A stretch of DNA of 63,166 bases, filler included, from an uncultured archaeon (GTDB taxonomy: Archaea > Nanobdellota > Nanobdellia > Woesearchaeales > CAIVOO01), in the NCBI GenBank assembly GCA_903842985.1. It is 5 parts of 5 records of this genome, joined end to end, with 100 filler letters (N's around TTAATTAATTAA, not from the genome) between each part and the next. Parts side by side here need not be neighbours in the genome. Positions count along the whole stretch, not along the records: positions 1 to 13,026 come from CAIMOB010000028.1; positions 13,127 to 23,422 come from CAIMOB010000029.1; 3 more parts are not named here. The stretch is one strand, 5' to 3'. Made by a program: the position numbers and the translations under genes. Shown one piece after another: positions 9,226 to 19,665 of the stretch. The notes under the pieces were generated by a model, which saw nothing but the letters and a program-made list of their open reading frames with translations, had not been told where the DNA came from and searched no databases. Every line of letters starts with the position of its first letter. Position 1 is the first letter of the stretch.

Positions 9226-9237
9226 AGGAGGATAAAA

Positions 9238-10530
9238 ATGGCAAAAATTAGTCCAGTATCAGCAAAATACATAGTGCAAGCTCACATCGAAATTGATGGA
9301 GTTGTTGACAGGCCTGATGTAATAGGCGCAATATTCGGCCAGACAGAAGGTTTGTTAGGCGCAGACCTGGAGCTCAGGGAGCTTCAAAGGTCAGGAAGAA
9401 TTGGGAGAATAGAAGTAAACACAGAAACAAAAGCAGGAAAAACAAGGGGCGCAATCATAATACCTTCAAGCCTAGACAAGACAGAAACTGCAATTGTAGG
9501 AGCTGCTCTGGAAGTAATCCAGAGAATCGGGCCCTGCAACGCAAAAATAAATGTTGAGAAGATTGAAGATGTCAGGATAAGCAAGAGGCACTTTGTCATC
9601 GAAAGGGCAAAGGAGCTTTTGAAAAACTTGATGGATTCGTCAATGCCTGATTCACAGGAGATTTCCGAAGAAGTTTCAAACTCTGTAAGAATTATGGAGA
9701 TAGTTGAATTCGGAAAAGACAGGCTGCCTGCGGGCCCTGCTGTCAAGGATTCAGAGGACATAATCGTTGTTGAAGGAAGAGCGGATGTTCTTACACTGCT
9801 TAAGAATGGATTCAAGAACTGCATTGCAATAAATGGAACAAGCGTTCCAGAGACAATAAAAGAGCTTTGCAAAAACAAGGAGACAACACTTTTTGTTGAT
9901 GGAGACAGGGGCGGCGACTTGATAATCAAGGAAATGCTTGGCGTCACAGATGTCGATTTCATAACAAAAGCGCCTGAAGGAAAGGAAGTTGAGGAGCTGA
10001 CAAAGAAAGAGATACATAAGGCAATAAGAAGCAGGGTGACAACAGAACAGGCGAAGCTTGAAATGCCTGCAATAACAAGAAGCCCTGAATCTCTGCAGAG
10101 GCCTATGATGAGGCAGGAATACAACAGGCCAAGCCAGCCAAGCCAAAGTCCGCAAGGTCCGCCGCAGATAAGACCTCTTCAGTCAAGGCTTCCATTGAGA
10201 AGACCTATTACCACATCGGTAAAAACATCAAGGCTTTCTGACGAGGAAAAGAAGAAGTTCATGGACATGCTTAATGACCTTGTCGGAACAAGAGGCGCTT
10301 ACATACTTGACCAGAAGCTTGAGATGCTTGGAAAGGTTCCGTTGACAGAGCTTGAAGCGACTGTTAAGGGATTGACAGGCGGGGTTTACGCAATTGTGTT
10401 TGACGGAGTGATTGACAGGGAGCTGGTAAAGCTTGCTGAAAGGATAGATGTCAAATATGTTGCTGCAATGGACTCGAATGTCAAGCAGATGGAGACAAAA
10501 GTAAATCTTCTGACAATCAAAGAGATTTAA
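9238..10530 (+). CDS. dnaG: Archaeal DnaG (TOPRIM; exosome-associated)
   Basis: GAIFGQTEGLLG, VVEGRADV and DGDRGG motifs. Confidence 0.96.
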   Translation: MAKISPVSAKYIVQAHIEIDGVVDRPDVIGAIFGQTEGLLGADLELRELQRSGRIGRIEVNTETKAGKTRGAIIIPSSLDKTETAIVGAALEVIQRIGPCNAKINVEKIEDVRISKRHFVIERAKELLKNLMDSSMPDSQEISEEVSNSVRIMEIVEFGKDRLPAGPAVKDSEDIIVVEGRADVLTLLKNGFKNCIAINGTSVPETIKELCKNKETTLFVDGDRGGDLIIKEMLGVTDVDFITKAPEGKEVEELTKKEIHKAIRSRVTTEQAKLEMPAITRSPESLQRPMMRQEYNRPSQPSQSPQGPPQIRPLQSRLPLRRPITTSVKTSRLSDEEKKKFMDMLNDLVGTRGAYILDQKLEMLGKVPLTELEATVKGLTGGVYAIVFDGVIDRELVKLAERIDVKYVAAMDSNVKQMETKVNLLTIKEI

Positions 10531-10545
10531 TTTTTATTTTTTCTT

Positions 10546-10980
10546 TTATGTTTTTATTATTTTTATTTTATGCCCCATTTCTTTAGCTTCATTCAGGCAT
10601 ACGTCAAATATCTCAGAATCCAGGTTCTCGCGGACTTTTGATTTTGAGTAGCCGCGCTTCTCCAATCTATTCTTTAATTTCTTCAAATTGCATTTGGTTA
10701 TGATGCAGAGCTCGAGATATTTCTTCGGTAGATAGTGCGAGAGATGGGAATCAATGACTAGTTTCTTTTTGCTTTCCCCAATCAGCCTTATCAGGAATTT
10801 GTTAAGTTTTTTGGTGTCGACAACATACGCCTTTCTTTTCCTATCATAGGAGTCATAGAGCTTCAGTTCCCTGACTAATTTATTTACGTCGACATAGCTG
10901 TAATTCTTTTTTCTTGCAAGCGCCTTTGCTGTCTTTGTCTTGCCTGTTCCAGGTGTTCCGCTCACTACAATCGCTTTCAT
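10546..10980 (-). CDS. AdkA/Fap7-type adenylate kinase
   Basis: GTPGTGKT, IDSH and RGY...ENLDSEI motifs. Confidence 0.9.
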   Translation of the reverse strand: MKAIVVSGTPGTGKTKTAKALARKKNYSYVDVNKLVRELKLYDSYDRKRKAYVVDTKKLNKFLIRLIGESKKKLVIDSHLSHYLPKKYLELCIITKCNLKKLKNRLEKRGYSKSKVRENLDSEIFDVCLNEAKEMGHKIKIIKT

Positions 10981-11032
10981 CGCCCAGAGTAAGAGCGATA
11001 GGTTTTTATACTTTATGATATAAATAAGAGCC

Positions 11033-11773
11033 ATGGCAAAAAAGATGCTTGTGACAAAAGGTAAGGATTATTTTCCTGCCCAGGAGTATTTGATAAGAGA
11101 TGTTTCCAAGGATTTTCATACAAAATACGGCTTCATCAGGGCAGAACAGCTGAAAAAGAAGCAGGGAAAAGTCCTGACAAGCACAGGCAAGGAATATTTT
11201 ATTTTCGAGCCGGATTTTCTTGACTTGTACAGGAAAATAAGGAGAATGCCGCAGATGATTCCGCTGAAGGATATCGGAGTTATAATCTCTTACACAGGAA
11301 TCAGCAGGAAATCTGTTGTTGTTGACGCAGGAAGCGGCTCAGGCGGAATAGCCTGTTTCTTTGCAAACATTGTCAAGAGCGTTTCTACCTATGAAATAGA
11401 TGAAAATAATTTCGAGCTTGTGAAAGAAAACATAAAAGCGCTTGGATTGAAGAATGTAAAGGCGAAAAAGAGGGATATTTATGAGGGAATTGAGGAGAAG
11501 AATGTTGACCTGATAATGCTGGACTTGGCAGAGCCATGGAAGGTTCTGGAAAGCGCGTCAAAAGCGCTGAAGACAGGCGGCTGGCTTGTTTATTATTCGC
11601 TGACAGTTCCGCAGGCGCAGCAGTTTGTAAAGGAAATTGAAAAACATGATGAATTCATTATTGCAAGGATTATTGAGACAATTGAAAGGGGATGGAAAAT
11701 GGAGAAAAGCGTCAGGCCCGAAAGGACAGTTATTCCATCTGGATTTTTGTGCTTTGTGAGGAAGATAAAATAA
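11033..11773 (+). CDS. trmI: tRNA (adenine-N1)-methyltransferase
   Basis: PQMIPLKD, DAGSGSG and LDLAEPW motifs. Confidence 0.88.
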   Translation: MAKKMLVTKGKDYFPAQEYLIRDVSKDFHTKYGFIRAEQLKKKQGKVLTSTGKEYFIFEPDFLDLYRKIRRMPQMIPLKDIGVIISYTGISRKSVVVDAGSGSGGIACFFANIVKSVSTYEIDENNFELVKENIKALGLKNVKAKKRDIYEGIEEKNVDLIMLDLAEPWKVLESASKALKTGGWLVYYSLTVPQAQQFVKEIEKHDEFIIARIIETIERGWKMEKSVRPERTVIPSGFLCFVRKIK

Positions 11774-11777
11774 GAAT

Positions 11778-13026
11778 TTACCCGTAATACAATTTTCCTG
11801 CAGATTTCTGCTCAGTGTCCAGCTGCGAGCCTGGCTTGTTTATTCTCGGCCTTAGTGTCTCAGCGTCCCTGCGCATTGTCAGGTCAAGCCCTGTCAGGAA
11901 TAGATTCATGCCGTTTCTCATAGAGAATGGTCCTTTTGCAATGCCGTTCTTTGCAGGCACTCCTTCAAAAACAACTAATCTTTCTGAAAGATAATCAATA
12001 AACAATAAGTCGTGGTCTACAACCAATGCCGTCTTTGACTTGCTTTCCATCATCTCCTTTATTATTTTAGAGACAAGAAGCCTCTGCTCAACATCAAGGT
12101 ATGCAGACGGCTCATCCAGAAGATACAAATCAGCATCCTTTGAAAGGCAGGCGGCTATTGCAACCCTCTGGAGCTCTCCTCCGCTGAGCTGGTTAAGTTT
12201 CTTGACAAGCAGATGCTTCAACTGCAATGGCCTGATTAACTGGACTTCATATTTTGTTATTGCATCCATCAATAAATTTGAGACAATCTCCTCTGAATCT
12301 GTGCTTATGTACTGGGGCTTGTATGAAACTTTTATTTCTTCTTCCAATTCTCCCTTATCAGCTTTCAGCACGCCGGCTAAAATCTTCACAAATGTTGTCT
12401 TTCCAATGCCGTTCTCTCCCAGAATTCCGACAACCTCTGGCTTGTGAAGCATTCCTTCTTCTGTTTCAAGATGAAAGTTATCAAGCTTTTTCTTCAGGTG
12501 CTTCCAGGAAGTCAGGACAAATGATTTTTTCGCCTCTGTCGGAGGCTTTTCTGAGAATTTCAATGGCTTGTCCCTGAATCTTAGGTTTGCTTCCTTCAGA
12601 TATCCTTCAAGATAGGAATTTATGCCTGCCTTTGTTGTCTTCGGCATTGAGGCAATTCCAAACCCGCCTTCTCTCCCATACATCAGGTGGACAAGCTCTG
12701 TCATGTAGTCAAGGATTATCAGGTCGTGCTCTACAACCATCACAGCTGTGCCTGAGTCAGCCAGCTCCTTTATTATTTTTGCAATCTTTATCCTCTGCTT
12801 TATGTCAAGGAAGGAAGTTGGCTCGTCAAAGACATAGAAGTTTGCCTTTTTCAGTATAGTTGCTGCAATCGCAACCCTCTGGAGCTCTCCTCCGCTTATC
12901 TTGTCAATATCTGTGTCAAGGATTTCCTTTAAATCAAATTCATTTACAATCTTGTCAAACTGGTTTTTCTCGTCTGATTTTCTTAACAGCACAGAGACTT
13001 TTCCGCTGTAGTGCTTCGGGATCAGG
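11778..13026 (-). CDS. ABCE1/RLI ribosome recycling ATPase (5' part cut by contig end)
   Basis: Two SGGELQR signatures, GENGIGKTT, RPRINKPGS. Confidence 0.95.
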
Positions 13027-13126
13027 NNNNNNNNNNNNNNNNNNNNNNNNNNNNNNNNNNNNNNNNNNNNTTAATTAATTAANNNNNNNNNNNNNNNNNN
13101 NNNNNNNNNNNNNNNNNNNNNNNNNN
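13027..13126. other. Artificial contig linker
   Basis: N-run-TTAATTAATTAA-N-run (stops in all frames). Confidence 0.99.
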
Positions 13127-13424
13127 CTGTCTTGACTATGTATCCCCTGCTCCTCAGGTCCTTGAATACAACAAATCTTGTCCAGATATTTTTTTCAATC
13201 TTTTCAGTCTTCTTCAGAAGCTTTTCAAATGAAATTTCCTTTTCCCTGCTGTCGAGGACAACTATCTTCTCTTTTTCAACAAGATAAAGCGCTTCCATTA
13301 AAGTCATCTGAACTTTGCCTTTCTGCATAACCCCAAATCTGCTTTGATTAAACAGTTCCCTGGCTTGGTCAGAATCCTCTGTTACAACGCGTTCCCCTGC
13401 CAAATATGCATTTATTTTTTCCAT
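13127..13424 (-). CDS. endA: tRNA-intron endonuclease, N-terminal part
   Basis: EALYL...FVVFKDLRSRGYIVKT; remainder found at 58542-58817. Confidence 0.92.
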
Positions 13425-13515
13425 TTGCCTGCTTTGGGTAAAAAGATTTTTAAATGTTTTGTTTTTAATATTGTAAATAATCATATATTTAAACAAATAA
13501 TGCTTCGAGGCAAAT

Positions 13516-14418
13516 ATGGCAGAAATCATATTTTTAGGCACATCCTGCATGGTGCCTACAAAGGAAAGGAATGTCCAGGGCATTTTTCTTAGCTACAAGA
13601 ACGAAGGAATCTTGGTTGACTGCGGAGAAGGAACCCAGAGGCAGATGAACATCGCAGGAATAAACCGGGCAAAGGTCACAAAAGTCCTCATCTCACACTG
13701 GCACGGCGACCACATCTCCGGATTAATTGGATTTTTTCAGACATTTGCAAACATTGAAGGCGAGAGAACATTACATCTTTACGGCCCGAAAGGAACAGAT
13801 GAAAAAGTAAAATTGCTTTTGAAGATAGCTGATTTTTACGGCAGGCTTGATTTGAAAGTTCATGAACTTGACCCAAAAGAAGTTGAGAAATTTTACGAGA
13901 CAGAGGATTATTATCTTGAATGCGCCTATCTGAAGCACAAGACAAGGTGTCTTGGCTATAATTTTGTTGAGAAAGACAGGATAAAAATAAACATTGCAAA
14001 GGCGGAGAAGCTCGGGCTGAAGCAAGGCCCGATGATTGGTAAGCTCCTGAAGAACAATAAAATAAAAATACATGACAAGGAGATTAATCTTGAGGATGTT
14101 TCCACAATTACAAGAGGAAAGAAAATCTCATTTATCCTAGACACTGTTTTGTGCAACAACTGCTATAAACTTGCAGAGAATGCAGATTTATTAATTTCAG
14201 AAGCAAGTTATGTCTCAGGACAGGAGGACAAGGCAGAGGATTACATGCACATGACTTCAAAGCAGGCTGCTTTGCTTGCTTCAAACTCAAATGCAAAAGA
14301 ACTGATTATGACCCATTTCTCACAGAGATACAAGACAGTTGAGGAGCTTGAGCAGGAAGCAAAGACATATTTCCCTAATTCAAGGGCTGCATATGATTTT
14401 ATGAAGGTAAAAATCTAA
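13516..14418 (+). CDS. rnz: Ribonuclease Z
   Basis: DCGEGTQRQ, SHWHGDH and THFSQRY motifs. Confidence 0.95.
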   Translation: MAEIIFLGTSCMVPTKERNVQGIFLSYKNEGILVDCGEGTQRQMNIAGINRAKVTKVLISHWHGDHISGLIGFFQTFANIEGERTLHLYGPKGTDEKVKLLLKIADFYGRLDLKVHELDPKEVEKFYETEDYYLECAYLKHKTRCLGYNFVEKDRIKINIAKAEKLGLKQGPMIGKLLKNNKIKIHDKEINLEDVSTITRGKKISFILDTVLCNNCYKLAENADLLISEASYVSGQEDKAEDYMHMTSKQAALLASNSNAKELIMTHFSQRYKTVEELEQEAKTYFPNSRAAYDFMKVKI

Positions 14419-14624
14419 ATCTTAGCAGCAAGTTTAATGTCAGAAGCCTTTACTGTTTTTCTGCCTGAGTGCAATGAAAGCCTTACAGCGTCCCTTGCAA
14501 TCTTGTCAGCAACATCCTCAAGCACACCTCTTAGCGCAACCTTTGCATTGTCAGCCACCCTGCTGGCTCCGCCTGACTTGAGCAGTCTCTCCATCGCAGC
14601 CAGCGGCAGTACCTTCTTTGTCAT
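14415..14624 (-). CDS. Archaeal histone (second paralogue)
   Basis: LPLAAMERLLK...HSGRKTVKASDI. Confidence 0.95.
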   Translation of the reverse strand: MTKKVLPLAAMERLLKSGGASRVADNAKVALRGVLEDVADKIARDAVRLSLHSGRKTVKASDIKLAAKI

Positions 14625-14662
14625 ACTGGCTAATATCCCCCGAGTATATTTAAAGCTTTCTT

Positions 14663-14782
14663 TTTTGACATATTTTTAACTTATGGACGTTAAGTCTTCG
14701 CGAATACTTGGAGCGACCGAGAGCCGAAGGCTTGTAGGAGTCACAAATAGGTGATTTTTTAGTAGTTGTTAAGGGCACTTTT
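14663..14782. other. Candidate recombination site(s): dif-like 11-7-11 site plus ~100-nt attC-like imperfect hairpin
   Basis: Minus strand AACGTCCATAA-GTTAAAA-ATATGTCAAAA; plus strand TTTTAAC(14674)...GCC-GAA-GGC...GTTAAGG(14774). Confidence 0.5.
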
Positions 14783-14789
14783 TATAGTT

Positions 14790-15968
14790 TTAAATTCGTT
14801 TATGTCCATGAAGTAAATAATAGAAACAATAGACAGACATTGTAATTGCCACTAAAAGAAATGGTAATTTTATAGTATAAATATCAGCAAGATAACCCGT
14901 AATGGGTTCTATGATGAGAAAAACAGCGGCTATAAAAAAAGAAAACATAGATTCGATTGTAGCCCGTTGATGACTTTCAATATGTTGGTGCATATAACTG
15001 CTTTTTGAAATTCCAAAAAGCCCATGTGGAATTGCAATTAGAATAAAACATATTGCTCCAATAATGTAACTCTTTGTTAATACCATTACATAAAATAAAA
15101 GAGTAATTACGATTATCTGGAAACCGAACATACTGCGATAAGAAAATCTTCTTCGAAGTGATGGAGCAAAGTTAGCTGCAACAGTTACCAGTAATGATTT
15201 AAACGTATAAGCTATACCAAATAAAACAATCGGTAACGCTAGCTGTTTTAGATAAATCTGTCCATAACCATATGAAATATCGGAGCCGAGGCTAAATAAA
15301 ATTGTAAAGAGTAACGCTGATTTTAAATAAGGATTTTTAAAAATAAATTGGGCAGATTGCTTAAAATGAGAGAATATGCTAACCTCTTCTATTGGTTTAT
15401 GATACTTTGGTTCGTTTAGAGTTAATGTGACAACAAGGGAAAGAACCAAGAAGATTAAAGAAAGTTGAAATGGAAGCAACTGGGAATATTTAAACAAAAA
15501 ACCAGAAGAAACAAATGCTATAAATAATGGTATTTGTTGGTATATCTGTTGTCTTGCCCATCGTTTATCAAATTCATCTTCTTTTTTTAGCGCTTTTAAA
15601 GTGTCATAAAAAAATGCAATGTCTGTACCTGATAAAAATGCATATGCTGCTGCAGACCAAATACTTGCTAATATAAAAAACCAGAAATTTGTAGCATAGA
15701 TAAGAGTAATCACAGATAAAATTGTAAAAACTGAGGAAATAATCATAGTTCGTTTTCTTTCCCACTTATCTGCAAGGATGCTTGAAGGGACTTCCAGAAT
15801 CATCTTTACAATAGTCCATACAACTCCAAGAATAGCAATTTTGAAAATAGTCAAATCATGAGCAAGATAAAAAAGTTGTATGATTGGAGTATAAAATCCA
15901 AAATAGGCAAGCGAAGTTGCCAAGTAATACTTCCATATATTTGACTTGATTTGTTGATTACTGTTCAT
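14790..15968 (-). CDS. MFS transporter (AT-rich, probably acquired)
   Basis: EVPSSILADKWERK motif A variant, SGT...YD, ~12 TM helices. Confidence 0.92.
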   Translation of the reverse strand: MNSNQQIKSNIWKYYLATSLAYFGFYTPIIQLFYLAHDLTIFKIAILGVVWTIVKMILEVPSSILADKWERKRTMIISSVFTILSVITLIYATNFWFFILASIWSAAAYAFLSGTDIAFFYDTLKALKKEDEFDKRWARQQIYQQIPLFIAFVSSGFLFKYSQLLPFQLSLIFLVLSLVVTLTLNEPKYHKPIEEVSIFSHFKQSAQFIFKNPYLKSALLFTILFSLGSDISYGYGQIYLKQLALPIVLFGIAYTFKSLLVTVAANFAPSLRRRFSYRSMFGFQIIVITLLFYVMVLTKSYIIGAICFILIAIPHGLFGISKSSYMHQHIESHQRATIESMFSFFIAAVFLIIEPITGYLADIYTIKLPFLLVAITMSVYCFYYLLHGHKRI

Positions 15969-16080
15969 ATGCTATTTTAGAATAAACGTGTTTTTATTAA
16001 TGTATCTAAAAGTGCCACTATTAATTTATTAGGCAAAGTTGACAGTCAGATATGACATCCATAGGTGACCAATGTGCTCT

Positions 16081-17442
16081 TTATGTCTTATAAAATTTAT
16101 TCACGTCAAATCTTGTTTTCAGTTCAGAATCCAGTACGCTCTCAATTATTCTTATCTTTTCAGGCGTCAGGCTTTTTGGATGCACTGAATTGCTTCCGTG
16201 AGCTGTTTTCGAATAAATTTCATTATCAGCTTTTGTCTTAACATACTGTTCATACATTTCAGGAGTTACCCCTTCCTGAGTTGCCAAAGGTGAACCAGGA
16301 TAAAGGCAGGTATAAGATACCGCAACTTCATCCGGTCTTAGTATTTCATTCAAAACGAAGATTGTTTTTCTGACAGTTGAAAAGTTTTCAAGGTCCTCAC
16401 CAGGCAGTCCAAACTGGACAGATGCCATGCTTCTGATTCCATATTTTCTTATTGTCTCAAATGCATTTTTTGCCTGTTCAATTTTTATGCCTTTTCCGCA
16501 TTTGTCCAATATCTCCTGGACTCCTGATTCTATTCCAAAGTAGATGAATTTGCAGCCAGATTCAGACAGGGTCTTCGCGACGTCTTTGTCAACTGCATCA
16601 ACTCTTGTTTGAAGCGAGTATTCTATATTCAAATTATTTTGTTTTATCTGCTTTGCAAGCTCCAAAAACCATTTTTTATTTGCCAAGCTCATGTCATCTT
16701 CGAACATAAATCCCCTGAATCCCTGTTCATAGAGTTCTTTCAGCTCATTTACAACATTCTCCACAGACCTTTGCCTTATTCCCCCCCAATTTTTTTTTGA
16801 AGAGCAAAAAGAGCAGGAATAAGGACAGCCTCTTGAAGTCATTACTGAGGTTGACTTCTTGCCCCCAAACAATTTTGCACTGTAGTATTCATCCAAACCT
16901 TCATTTAGATAGAATAAATCTCTTGCAGGCACCGGAAGTTTATCCAAGTCAGAAATTAATTTTCTCCCGCCATTGTTTACTATTTCACCATTTTCTCTAT
17001 ATGCCACTCCAATTATTCCTTTAATGCTCTGCCATCTAAAAATCGCATCAACCAATTCAACAATTGTTTCCTCGCCTTCACCAACTACTGAATAATCTAT
17101 TTCAGGATTATTCCTTAGCGTTGTTTCTGCGCAATTTGTTTCATGCGGTCCGCCCTTGATAACAGTGATATTGCTGAACTGCTTGACAGTTCTGGCAACA
17201 TCCAGCGCATTTCTGTGCGTAGGCGATGTTGAAGTAATCCCTACTAAATCTGGCTTGAACTTGTTCAATTCCTCCAGCAGGATTTCATTGTGGTCTCTGC
17301 CAGCAGGTGTTCTTGCTGTTAAATCTAATACAGAAACATCATAGTTTTCCCTCAGCGCTCCAGCTATGTACGCCAGGCCAAGGGGAAACCCATTCAACCC
17401 TTCCCTGAAATACGGAGCTATTAGCATTATTTTTCTTTTCAT
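16081..17442 (-). CDS. B12-binding radical SAM protein
   Basis: PLGLAYIA, GGPH, GEGE and TSRGCPYSCSFC motifs. Confidence 0.93.
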   Translation of the reverse strand: MKRKIMLIAPYFREGLNGFPLGLAYIAGALRENYDVSVLDLTARTPAGRDHNEILLEELNKFKPDLVGITSTSPTHRNALDVARTVKQFSNITVIKGGPHETNCAETTLRNNPEIDYSVVGEGEETIVELVDAIFRWQSIKGIIGVAYRENGEIVNNGGRKLISDLDKLPVPARDLFYLNEGLDEYYSAKLFGGKKSTSVMTSRGCPYSCSFCSSKKNWGGIRQRSVENVVNELKELYEQGFRGFMFEDDMSLANKKWFLELAKQIKQNNLNIEYSLQTRVDAVDKDVAKTLSESGCKFIYFGIESGVQEILDKCGKGIKIEQAKNAFETIRKYGIRSMASVQFGLPGEDLENFSTVRKTIFVLNEILRPDEVAVSYTCLYPGSPLATQEGVTPEMYEQYVKTKADNEIYSKTAHGSNSVHPKSLTPEKIRIIESVLDSELKTRFDVNKFYKT

Positions 17443-17537
17443 AACTAATTAGTGGTAATGGCGTATAATTAAAATATGCTATTAATTTTTTTGACAAAAA
17501 CAAACATTTAAATATTAAATATTATTATTGTCTAAAT

Positions 17538-18500
17538 ATGACAAAATTAGACTATTATGACAGGAGAGTATTATTTGAGCTGGACAGAAACGCCAGGATA
17601 ACAACCTCTGACATAGCCAAGCAAATAAGAAAATCAAAGCAGTTTGTTGATTACAGGATAAAAAAACTAGAGCAGGAAAAGGTGATTTTGGGTTATACAA
17701 CTGTAATAGACCACTCCAAGCTTGGCTACACAAGCATGAGGGTGTATCTTAAATTTCACAACATAACTCCAGAGCAACAGGCAAAACTTGAAGCGGATTT
17801 AATAAATGACAAGGAAGTGTGGTGGCTTGTTGCACTGGAAGGTCTGTGGGATGTCGGCTACGCAATGGCCGTAAAGAATGTTTTGGATTTCTATAATTAC
17901 TGGGACAAGATAATGAAAAAATATAGGCAGTTTATCTCAAAAAGGTCGGTTGTAATTTATACGCACATCAGGCAGTATCCAAAATCATATATAATAGATA
18001 AAAATAATACAGATGAAGGAACATTTGTTGGGGGATCAAAAGAAATTCTAAAAATAGAAGACTTAGACAGGCAATTGTTAAAATTAATTGCTGACAAAGC
18101 TAGGCTGCCATTGCTGGAAATAGCAGGCGCATTGAAAACAAGCCCGCAGGTCATTAAAAATCACATTAAAAAATTAAAAAAATCAGGCATAATCCAGGGC
18201 TACCGCGCATTGATTGACGTTTCTTTTCTTGGATATAGGTATTACAAATCTTATATTAATCTGGTCAATACAGACCGGCTGAAGGAACTGGATTATTTCT
18301 GCGCCCAGCATCCGAATATACTGAATGTAAACAGAACAATCGGCGGAAGGGATTTTGAGATTGAACTGCAGGCAAAATCATTCGATGAATTTGAGAAAAT
18401 AATGAATGAAATCAGGGCCAATTTCACTGGAATGATTGATGATTATGAATTTGTCATAGCAAGAGAAGAGAAAAAGATGACATATTTCCCATTTGAATGA
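17538..18500 (+). CDS. Tandem Lrp/AsnC transcriptional regulator
   Basis: Two HTH-AsnC repeats; divergent from the radical SAM gene. Confidence 0.9.
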   Translation: MTKLDYYDRRVLFELDRNARITTSDIAKQIRKSKQFVDYRIKKLEQEKVILGYTTVIDHSKLGYTSMRVYLKFHNITPEQQAKLEADLINDKEVWWLVALEGLWDVGYAMAVKNVLDFYNYWDKIMKKYRQFISKRSVVIYTHIRQYPKSYIIDKNNTDEGTFVGGSKEILKIEDLDRQLLKLIADKARLPLLEIAGALKTSPQVIKNHIKKLKKSGIIQGYRALIDVSFLGYRYYKSYINLVNTDRLKELDYFCAQHPNILNVNRTIGGRDFEIELQAKSFDEFEKIMNEIRANFTGMIDDYEFVIAREEKKMTYFPFE

Positions 18501-18534
18501 TAATATTTAAGAATAACAAAACTAAATACTGCTC

Positions 18535-18927
18535 ATGAACCTCAAAGCCAAGGGAACAAATGCTGAACGCGAACTGATTAAGATATTCTGGAATACAAAC
18601 AGATGGTCAGCGCATAGAATTGCAGGTTCCGGCTCTTCGCATTTCCCAAGCCCAGATGTGATTGCAGGCAATTCATTAAGGAAGCTGGCGATTGAATGCA
18701 AGTCAACAAAGTCAATAAAGCAGTACATAACAAGCGAACAGATTAACGGCCTAAGAGAATTCTCAAAAATCTTTGGCGCAGAGCCATGGATAGCTGTCAG
18801 GTTCAACAATATGGACTGGTTTTTCCTGACTCTGGAGGATTTGAAGGAGACAGAAGGAAACAACTTTGTTATTTCAATTCCTCTGGCGAAAAACAAAGGC
18901 CTTAGCTTTGAACAGCTGATACAATAA
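18535..18927 (+). CDS. hjc: Holliday junction resolvase
   Basis: KGTNAEREL, RIAGSG, PDVIAG and IECKS motifs. Confidence 0.95.
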   Translation: MNLKAKGTNAERELIKIFWNTNRWSAHRIAGSGSSHFPSPDVIAGNSLRKLAIECKSTKSIKQYITSEQINGLREFSKIFGAEPWIAVRFNNMDWFFLTLEDLKETEGNNFVISIPLAKNKGLSFEQLIQ

Positions 18928-18948
18928 CAATAAGAAAAGTTAAAATTC

Positions 18949-19665
18949 TCAGTAAATCTTCATGAACTTCCTTGTCAGCGTGCTGAACAGCAGCGAGAAA
19001 ATAATGTATGTGCCCACCCAGCCAGGATGCCAGCCCAAGAAACTGAAATCGCCGAACGGCTTCATCTTAGGATTCGAAACCTCGACGCTGGTTATCTTGC
19101 TGTTCTTGAAGCTAACCAACGGCTTATCATATGCCTGCTTTGTTGTTATCAAAATGTCATTCGATTGCTTCTCGCCAGCAACATCATACCACAATGTGTA
19201 GCTGCCTTCACCGCCCCTTAGATTAAATACAGTCCCACCGTTAAACTTCTCCTTTCCAATAATCTCAAGCGCTGGAACTGAAGTCAAATTTACTTCATAA
19301 GCAGAATAAGCCTTTACCTGAAATGTTTCATTCGGCTGCAGAGGCAGGTATGCAAGATGACCGTTGAACCACGAGAATATCAGAATCAGCGGGATGAATG
19401 TGTAAAGCGTGGGCTTGAACGAGTGCTTCATGTAAACCATGTTCTTTTCCATAGCCTTCTTCTGCGTCTCAGCCATCTTCTTCGGATCAGCCCTGTGCTT
19501 TTTCATCTCCTCCTGATGTATCTTTATCTCATCCTTCAGCTTTTTCATCAGCTCCTGGTTTGTCGTGAGCTTGTAAACAATATTGATAAGCAAAGAAAGA
19601 ATAAGTGAAATCGAAGCTATTAAAATTAAAGGATTTATCTGAAGAATAGTTTCTACAAAACTCAT
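18949..19665 (-). CDS. DUF106/EMC3-TMCO1 (Oxa1 superfamily) insertase
   Basis: TM-coiled coil-FKPTLYTFIP-TM, GW..YI near C-terminus; follows secY. Confidence 0.88.
   Translation of the reverse strand: MSFVETILQINPLILIASISLILSLLINIVYKLTTNQELMKKLKDEIKIHQEEMKKHRADPKKMAETQKKAMEKNMVYMKHSFKPTLYTFIPLILIFSWFNGHLAYLPLQPNETFQVKAYSAYEVNLTSVPALEIIGKEKFNGGTVFNLRGGEGSYTLWYDVAGEKQSNDILITTKQAYDKPLVSFKNSKITSVEVSNPKMKPFGDFSFLGWHPGWVGTYIIFSLLFSTLTRKFMKIY

Noticed and set aside
13027..13126. TTAATTAATTAA inside N-runs (also 23423, 47152, 59036)
   Set aside because: Artificial contig linker; adjacency across it has no biological meaning
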